A stretch of 58,549 nucleotides of DNA, filler included, from Dugesia japonica (Eukaryota): assembly GCA_001938525.1 (NCBI GenBank). It is 4 parts of 4 records of this genome, joined end to end, with 100 filler letters (N's around TTAATTAATTAA, not from the genome) between each part and the next. Parts side by side here need not be neighbours in the genome. Positions count along the whole stretch, not along the records: positions 39,809 to 58,549 come from MQRL01645527.1; 3 more parts are not named here. One strand, 5' to 3'. The notes under the pieces were generated by a model. The model worked only from the letters and a program-made list of their open reading frames with translations, made no database searches and was not told where the DNA came from. Below, in pieces: positions 49,563 to 58,549 of this stretch. Both the position numbers and the translations under genes were made by a program. Position 1 is the first letter of the stretch, and each line of letters begins with the position of its first letter.

Positions 49563-50824
49563 TTAGAGATTTTTAGAAAATGTAGTTTTCTTGATTGAAT
49601 TGTTTAAGTTTGTAATTTTTTTTGGAAGAACTGCAGAAATTTTTATTTTCTGATTTTTATTAATGTCTGCTTTTGAAGGTAACTTAATTTTTTCAAAGAA
49701 TTTTACTTCTTGATCTTTATCATTTTTGTCAACNNNNNNNNNNNNNNNNNNNNNNNNNNNNNNNNNNNNNNNNNNNNNNNNNNNNNNNNNNNNNNNNNNN
49801 NNNNNNNNNNNNNNNNNNNNNNNNNNNNNNNNNNNNNNNNNNNNNNNNNNNNNNNNNNNNNNNNCATCGTCATTGTCATCGTCGTCGTCGTCATCATCAC
49901 TATTATCCTCGTCTTCGTCGTCATCATCATCGTCGTCGTCTTCATTGTCATGATTATTGCTATCAATATTTTCGCTTTCATCATTACCGCTTTCTTTTTC
50001 TTCTTCATCATCATCATTATTGGTTTCCTCTTCATTATCATTTTCTTCGTTATCTTCATCATCATTATCATCAACTTCACATTCATCATTTTTATCAATG
50101 ATTTCCTTGATATTTGTTGCATTATTTTCATTTTTTTCATTTCCATCTATTGATTGAAGAACAGAATGTGACTTAGTTTTGTCATCATCATCTTCATCGT
50201 CATTATCAGAATCATTTTCACTACTTTTGTCGTAACTTTCATCTTCATCTTCTTCATTCTCATCATCTGTTTTATTACTTTCACTGTCTTCCTCATCAGT
50301 TTCTTCATTATCATTATTTTCATTTAATTCTTGTATAATCTTTTTTTTAGAAGTTATATCGTTTTTCTTTAGTTTTTCTGTAACTAAGGTATTATTGTTT
50401 GTGTTATTACATTTGTAAGATCTAGCTGTCGTTGTAGATGAATTACTATAATCTTTTGCATTTGAAAATGTACTTGAAATTTTTGATGATTTTAATAAAG
50501 ATAATTTTGATTCATCATTATTAGAAAATAACGAACATTCAGTATTATCATTATTGCTATTATTTTCATCATTACTACTATCATTGTTTTCATTATTTTC
50601 ATTGTAAGTAGTTTCTGAATACTTGGAATGCATTTCATTTGACAAGGAACTTAATCTTAAAGAATTCTTTGTGAAATATAAATCATTATTTGATAAATCA
50701 GATTCTTTGCCAAATTCTGAGATTGAATAATTATAAATTTGTGACTCGGACCTATCGACAGTATGGGTTTCAGAATTATTAAGATTTATGCGTAATTCTG
50801 GTTTATCACACAGCTTTTGAATTA
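49563..50824 (-). CDS. Probable terminal exon of a host gene encoding a D/E/N-rich disordered region with a basic tail
   Basis: The frame of ORF 49563-50645 stays open upstream to an ATTTAG acceptor at about 50825 (IQKLCDKPELRINL...); it spans an N gap. Confidence 0.55.
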
Positions 50825-51199
50825 CTAAATTATATTTATATAATTATAATAATATTATAATTATTATTTATATATTAAAAAATAATTTATTTCAAAATTC
50901 GAATAATAAATTTGAGGGAATAAATAATAAAATTATTGAACTAAAAATAACATTTGAATAACTTAAAACAATGGAAAACATGATATTAAATAATTGTAAA
51001 GTTGATGCTATTGATTATAACCAAATGATCAAAGTTATGATTATGATAGAGTGGATGGTGGAATTGGTCGATTGAAGATTATATCAAGAAATAACAATAA
51101 TTTGTAAAGATTAATTTTAAGATCATGCAAAAGTCTTATAGAAAATTAAATTAATTTCAGAATTTTGTTTAATTATGATGGAAGTCGACCTTAAAATCA

Positions 51200-51535
51200 C
51201 GCAGTTGAAGAAAGGAAAAAAGTATTTTGGGGGTGTAATAAAGTGGGTCATATAAAATTGGATTGTCCACTGAGATGAATGATAAAATGTTAGACATGTG
51301 TCGAGAAGGACATGTCAGTGGAGAGTGCCCTGGAAGACAACAGATGCAATGTTTTCGGTGTGATTTGAAAGGTCATATTAGTCGGGAGTACCAGGAATTG
51401 AGGAATAGTTATATAAATAAAGGAAAATATGATATGGAATTATATAAAACTCATTACATTTATCCGGGATCAAATGAGAGAAATTTTAAAATTGGGAGTC
51501 TAGATAAAAGTTTAATGCAGTTGATGAAGAAATGA
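51200..51535 (+). mobile_element. Retrotransposon gag remnant with CCHC zinc knuckles
   Basis: CNKVGHIKLDC, CREGHVSGEC and CFRCDLKGHISRE(Y). Confidence 0.7.
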
Positions 51536-51752
51536 GTTTGGGTGTAGATAAAAAATTAAACACCGTGGAAAAGAAGAATATTGAAGATTATAAACAGTAA
51601 TCAACTATTTATATTAATTTAATCTAAACACAGTTATCTTTAATTAAGGTCATTATATCAAAAACGCTCATTTTTTTATGGAACACCAAAATATTTTAGT
51701 TTATCTTATATCATTCATTTTTATTGGAATATTGAATTTTAATATCCTATAT

Positions 51753-52167
51753 CAGAGCTGTCCAAAACGCGGCCCGCGAATCATTTTTCCATAATACATA
51801 AATCATTTCATAAAAAGTTAAATATTACTTGCCATCAATGCTCGGCCGTACTTATCTTTGTGAAAGTATCTTTTCAACAATGAAATTTGTAAAAGCTAAA
51901 TATAGAAGTTCCATGACGAACAAATCGTTATCAAATTTAGTGCGTTTGACTAATTACAAACATGGATATTGATATAGCTACATTAGTAAAGGAATCAGAG
52001 TTACCGCAAAATTCTCATTGAAATCCACAATTTTGTTAATATTGTTTAATATTTCAATAAAACTTAGCTAAACAATAATAAATGTTTTTTTTATTTTGGG
52101 TGCGGCCCGCAGATAACTTTTATTTTTGTATTGTGGCCCTTAAAATCCTAGAGGTTGGACAGCCTTG
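51753..52167 (+). mobile_element. hAT (Buster/Charlie-type) internal-deletion derivative, 415 bp
   Basis: TIR CAGAGCTGTCCAA / TTGGACAGCCTTG; perfect 8-bp TSD TCCTATAT; retains the dimerisation-domain peptide TYLCESIFSTMKFVKAKYRSSMT. Confidence 0.92.
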
Positions 52168-53254
52168 TCCTATATAATTGGATATTCACTATTAATAATT
52201 ATATATTACATGTGGAATACAAATTGTTATCGATTTTTTTTCATTCAATCTCTTTTATTATTGCAACTTCATGGTAGTTTTTCTTGATTCTTTGGAGTAT
52301 TCCAATACAATTATTTAATATTTAGTTTAGGCTTTGTCTCAACAAAACGTTTTCTTTGTATGATATAATTTTTAAGAAATCTTTTTAAAACATTTGTGTT
52401 CTTAGACCCTTTAGAAGTGATTTTTAAAAAAATATATTTCTGCACTTTTGTTTTTATCACAAATTCATTGTGATACATTGTTTCTTCCCACCTTCTCACT
52501 TCCTCTTTCTCTTTCAAATGAGAATAAAAATATGTTTAGAAGAAACTGTTCAAAGCACTAAAAACATCATAAATTATGAAAATATGACATGTGAGTACTA
52601 GAAATTTATTAAAAATAATTCCATAATTTATATTGCTTATTATTATTTTACTTATAAGTTTCTAGTTTAATATGTATTCTTTGTAAATTCATTAATTAAT
52701 ATCATTAACTTACACTTTGATTTCTTTTCTAGTATTTCTTTTAAATCAGATAGTTCTCTAAAGCATCCATATTTTTCAATTGCTAAACACAAATAATTAA
52801 ACATAAAATAACGGAATTATTTAAATGAAAATAACATATATTTTACATAAAACATGAACACAGACAACCTTCCTATAATATAGTTAATTCGTATTGTAGT
52901 AGTTCTGTATGGTATTAAAGCAGTGCTAAGCTAAACTTAGAAGATTTTTCACTATTAGATTTATTGTAATTTTCTCGAGATAAAATAACTGGAAAGAACA
53001 AAAAATCGTATCATTCAAAAAACAGATTTTATGTCAATTGTTATCTGATGATCGTTCATGTTTATTATCATGTTACGAGAATAGCATACTTTAGAAGCGC
53101 TCGCTGCATTTACCAACATTTAATAATGTCATTATGAACTTGCATCACCTTTCTTCAAATGAAGTTAATATTTTATTCATTTGAGTTCAATTTAATAGAA
53201 TTTATAATTACTCTTTAAAGTGGTTGTAAGTATTTATTCGAACATTTAAATGTA

Positions 53255-54440
53255 TAGGCTGCGCGAGTAGAATTGGCGCTATTTTCTAAATGTAAAATCT
53301 TATAAAAGAAATGCATTTATATCATTATTTATTTCTATTGATAAATTTAATATGATCAATTCTTTATTCAAAAATGGAAATATTACAAAATTTCAACAAA
53401 TTTCAGTTGCCTAAAGAATGGAAAAGAAAGATCATAGTGTATCTCATATGCGCCGAAATGACCAACAATGATATTTTTGAGAAATTGAAGTTGATTATGA
53501 GAAAAATTCAAAGAATCAGGAAGCAGATGGTTGACTCAGACTTTAACGTCGAACTGGTTGGTATCAGAAAAAATTACGATCGAGCAGAACAGCGAGTTAG
53601 AAACCCAAAATTCATTGAAGGTGTGAATCAACTCGTTGACTATAACCAATCCATTTCAATGCGTGAGATTTCTCGACAGAAAGGCACTGGCGACAGCACT
53701 ATAAGACTCTGCATGGAAGAAGATATTGGCTACAAGTCATATAAGATGCAAAAGGAACAGCTTCTAACAAAAAAATTGAAAATGAGGCGTCTGTTGAAGA
53801 GCAAGAAAGTTTTGGAAAAGATTAAACAACCGCTGAAGCCAAAGATGTGGTTTTTTTTGGATGAGAAATATTTTTGTCAGAATCAGGCACACAATACGCA
53901 AAATAACAGATGGCTAGCTGTGAGTCCTGACAATGTTCCCAGAGTCATAAAACCAACTTTCTAGCACACTTGATGGTTTTTAGTGTTCTTAGTAGTGAAG
54001 TTGATTTTATGGCTCCACATTTCATTGAGGAAGGTATTAGGGTGAATCAGGATATGTATCAAAATATTCTTTGCACTGTCGTAAACTTTGGATAGAAAGA
54101 GTTGCCGCTGGGAAACCTTACGTGTTTCAACAAGATTCAGCTTTACCACACACGGCCAGGAAAACTCAAAAATGGATGTCAGAAAACATTTATGACCATG
54201 TTACTCTTGACTTGTGGCCTCTAAACTCTCCTGATTGTAATCCACTTGACTATTGCGTATAAGGCAGGGTTGAAGCAATAACAAATAAGACTGTCTGCAA
54301 TAACAAAAACAAACTGCAAAATAGGATATGCCGAGCATTTCAAAATTTGTCTCCTGTTGTTCTTAAAATGTTCTTGTAAATTAAAAGGTTGTAATTAAAA
54401 GGCTGTAATTGATGCTGATGGTGATTTTATAGAGTAATTA
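53255..54440 (+). mobile_element. maT (DD37D) Tc1/mariner transposase pseudogene
   Basis: FFLDEKYF..HNTQNNRW; FQQDSALPH...WPLNSPDCNPLDY has 37 residues between the second and third Asp (counted by hand). Ends approximate. Confidence 0.88.
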
Positions 54441-57400
54441 CAACCTCTAATGTTTAGTATTACTGATATTTGTAAAATTTCAAAAAAAGTTCAAATTTGT
54501 AGTTTTTAGAGATATTTTCTTTACTGTATTTGATTATTTGAACAAATTCCAAAGATCCAAAAACGGATATCATTTTAATTTTAAAATTGCAACAATTTTT
54601 TAATTTAATCATTCCTTAATTTTATTATTCCTTAAGAATAAATCATTTAATAATAAAAATTTGGAACAATCGAAAATGAATTGATGAAGATTAAAAGGAA
54701 TTCGTGATATTTGATACAAATGATTCATAATACAAGATTTTGATGAAAATGGAAATTTGTAATGAAAGATCAAAGTGGGGTCTTTTTATTTGATTAACTA
54801 TATAGAAAAAAGTGATAAGTGGAAATTTAACTCCAATTGATAATTAAAACGTTGAGCGCCAGATAAGACTTCTTTCATGTTTCATAACAAGATCCATTAT
54901 ACTTTCGTCTGAATTTAACTACTTTTTCTTTTGGCATGTTGATAATTAACTAGAAGCTGTATTGACATCTGTAGAATTAAAACACTGTGCCTTCCGGTTA
55001 AGACAAAGTGTCAAAATCCATAAAAGTAGTTTGACTTAACCGAAATTATGTTATTATAATACATTTTCATTTTTTTATTAAGAAAAATGGCTATATTTTT
55101 TGGAGTATTTAGGCAATAATAATTTATTAAATTTAAATTGGATAAAATTTCGAATTAAAGAACGACCAAAGAGAAAGAATATTTCTAAATACGATTCAAA
55201 TATTCAGTAATTATTATAGAATATTTTTCTTCCATTAACTTTAATGGCAAATTTCTCAAGTTTTTATAGACCCAATTGATGATTTGATGTGTCACAATTC
55301 TGAGACTTCAAAAATAATCACAGTTTATAAATTTTTCAGAATATTTGAAGAAGGCACAATGAGCTCCAATTCGGGGTCAATCTCAACATTGGAATCTGAG
55401 TTGATCACTTTAACTAATGGTCTTTCAATCTTATCGACATATTTTATATCATTCGTTGAAAGATCATCATCAAGTGATACACACATTAAGGTCTAACTTC
55501 AAAAAGAATGTGAATGTCGTCCTTAAGATTTTCAAAGAATGTTTCAAAAGGTGGTGTTATTGAATCAGTGATTTCCTCAATATTATCGCCTGAGTTTTCT
55601 TTATAAAAATAATAATTAGTATTAAAAATTGTTAAGTGACCCTGAGTGTATTAGTTTTTGTTAGTACCAACAGATATTTCGTCTTAACCGAAGTCGCTTA
55701 GTGAGGATTACCGAATAATCTTTTTGGTACTTTACAACTACTTCTTATTACGCGAATTTCGTCTTAAGTTGAGGACATTGTAAACATTTGCTATTTTTGC
55801 TTTATGAATAACTGCATTATTAGCTGATACATTGCATGGTGGCGTGGGGATATGGTTACCAACTGTGTCATTTTCGCCTCAAGACTCCAGTTTTGGTGAC
55901 ATTCACCCAGTGTCCAGTTTTATTAGTAATTTTACCAGGAATATCAATGTTTTACTTATTATTCTTTAATATTAAAACTTAAAATTTGTTTGTTAATTAT
56001 TCTGTAATATACAATCCTTGATGTGACTAAAATCAAACAAATTTTGGCAAAATTCTAAGCGTACCTGTAAGCAATGCATTTGTGGAATGAATTTTTTCTG
56101 TAATTAAATCTGCTGGAGAAATGATAGAAGTAAAATGCGAGTAGAGCTCGTNAAAACAAAGTAAGTCGTTTAAATTAATTTCGACATGAGCTGCAAAGCC
56201 TTTCATTCGAATTATTGACGAAATTAAACAAGTTATTCAGAAATGATTTTGAAAAAATCACAAAAAATCAATAAATAAAGCATAATCGAATTTTTCTAAA
56301 TTTAATTAAATGATGAAATTATAGAAAACTTTGCTCTTATATTTCAAAAAAAAAATAAAAACTTGTTAACTTTAAAGTTGTTTCAATAAATTCATTAAAT
56401 TTTATTTATATAATTTAAATACGAATTTTTATAAATTCCAATAATAGAATGAAAACATCTATGATGTTTTCAGTATCTAAATTTTTTTCTGTTTAATATT
56501 AGAACAGAAAGAAATATAATTGAAAGAATTGTAACTCCTTTTTCTAATTCCAGTAAATTAAAATGAAAAATCTCAGACATACAGTGTGTCAAACTATTGT
56601 CTATTTCAACTGTATCGATTAAATTAAATTATATATGTCCTATTTTAAAAAATGAAGTGTACTAGAAAAATAATTTAGTAGGTACATAGTAACCATTTAA
56701 TGAATAGTAATATTTATTATATAAAATGGAAAATTTTGGATTAAATAATGGATGATAAATACAAACGATTCATATTTATTAGAGAAATTTATAATTATAA
56801 AATTGTTATTTTATGTTTCATTAGAATCTACAATTTATGAAATACACCTATCCTCCGATATACACGGTACTTTTTTTTAATGTTTTCACTTTTACACTAC
56901 CAAAATTTAACGATTCAACTTGTTGGATGAGTTTGAAGTACTCGTCAGATCATTAATGTCAAAACTCAATTTAATAGAACATTTATTCACAAAGCAAAAC
57001 TATATCCATCATTATTGTGTTTATTCAAACAAATTTAAACTCCATATTCTAATTGGAAATTATTTTTAATAAATTTAAAATTTTAGATTAAACTTTCATT
57101 TTTAAATAATTCAATAATTTTAAGAAAACAATTATTTCTTATCAAAATCTCATTTAAAATTCTCCCAAAATTTTAAAACAAACAATTATTCGCTATTAAG
57201 ACATCATTTAAAATTCTTCCGAGATTTCAAAACATAATTTTAATTTCTAAAAAATCTAGAATAAATTGTGTATAAAAATATTTAAATTAATCTTTAACCA
57301 ATTCATAATTTTTGTACTAAAAATTTAATTTCATTTACTTTAATTTCTTAATTAATTTATACTTTCGATTTTTTTAAAAAAATATTTTAAAATATAATTC

Positions 57401-58549
57401 CCAACCAAAGCACAAAAATTTCAACTCGCTTTTCAAAACATACTCACACAACTTATAACGATTTACGCAATAATTTTTCTTTGAAAACTGCATATCGTTA
57501 AATTAAAAGCTTCGATTAAAATTTCTTTTTTTAGCTCTTGATTGTATTTCAAAATAAATTCCAAACATCTTCTAGTTTGTTAGTTGTTTCACAAATATCT
57601 TTCGTTTTACATACTGCATATCGATATACTAGTTGTATTTACAGAAGAAATAGATGACCGAACCCTTGAATTTGAAAAAAATGGGTAATCATTTTCTACA
57701 AAATTTTCCAATCATTTTCCACAAGCGCTAAATTTTATTGTAGCCAACTTTAAAATCTATAAAATTTTAACGAAACTCAAAACACAAATACAGAAAACAG
57801 ATTTTATGACAAAGAATCGATCTAAAACCCATAACCAATCGACTAATAATCGATTCACAATTACCAAAGACTATTTCAATAAGCGCAGTTCTATCAACTG
57901 ACATTGATAATGAATGAAATTTCATTTCATTTTTATTTTTATAAAATGAATTATCTATTATTTTTATGTTGAATACTGAATTCTCTACTGTTTTATTTTA
58001 AAATAAATTCACATTGAATTCTTTTTTGATATGGACACCTGTTTAACAAATATTATCAGTTGCTTTTAAATCTAGACTTTCACTTAGCTGAAACCAATTA
58101 CTTGTTTTTCAATGCTGTTATAGTTCCCATTTACACGGTATTCTAAGGAACCATTCTACCGTGTAAATCGAGGAATGGGTGTATTTAATTAGATAAAATA
58201 CTTACCTTTATTAGTTATTGCTAAAGCATCCTCAAAATCTTCGGCTAGGATTTTATTGTTAACCTAAAACATATTTAACATCATTATTTTTTCATTTATA
58301 TTTGATAAAAGTCAGAACATTTTTCAATAAAAAAATTTTAAAAATTATATTGAAATAAATAGTGTGAATTGTATTTTAAATAAAAAGCAACAGGAAAAAG
58401 AGAACAAAAAAGGTTAGTTTCTTGCATGCTGGATGAGGATCTTTTTGAGATGTATACCAAGACTTTGGAAAAGGCCAAAGGATTCCAAACTCGTTTACTT
58501 TCAACAGTAAACAACATGTAATTAAAGATTTTCAAATTTTATTAAATTA

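Noticed and set aside
49703-50157. Met-rich, Ile-rich and Ser-rich ORFs
   Set aside because: Alternative frames of the GAT/GAA-rich acidic exon.

Overview
AT-rich eukaryotic, probably invertebrate, draft-scaffold DNA with many N gaps, dominated by decayed transposons: mariner DD34D, maT DD37D, pogo/Tigger x2, piggyBac x2, hAT MITEs x3 and Ty3/gypsy remnants. Host coding material is limited to an SNX9/18/33-type SH3 exon pair split by a 38-nt intron, an intronless DEG/ENaC channel gene and an acidic terminal exon. The centrepiece is a fully delimited 12.7-kb Polinton/Maverick (adintovirus-like) endogenous virus at 25977-38722, with terminal inverted repeats (TIRs) and a 6-bp GACTCT target-site duplication (TSD). 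It carries a zinc-finger/protein-primed PolB on + with an internal deletion. On - it carries a tightly packed block: major capsid, a Zn-finger-phospholipase A2-integrase fusion, packaging ATPase, adenovirus pX-like peptide, core-like protein, penton, adenain protease, fibre-like and other ORFs. Most of these genes have stops or frameshifts, so this copy is a fossil. All calls come from manual translation and motif recognition; no database search was run.
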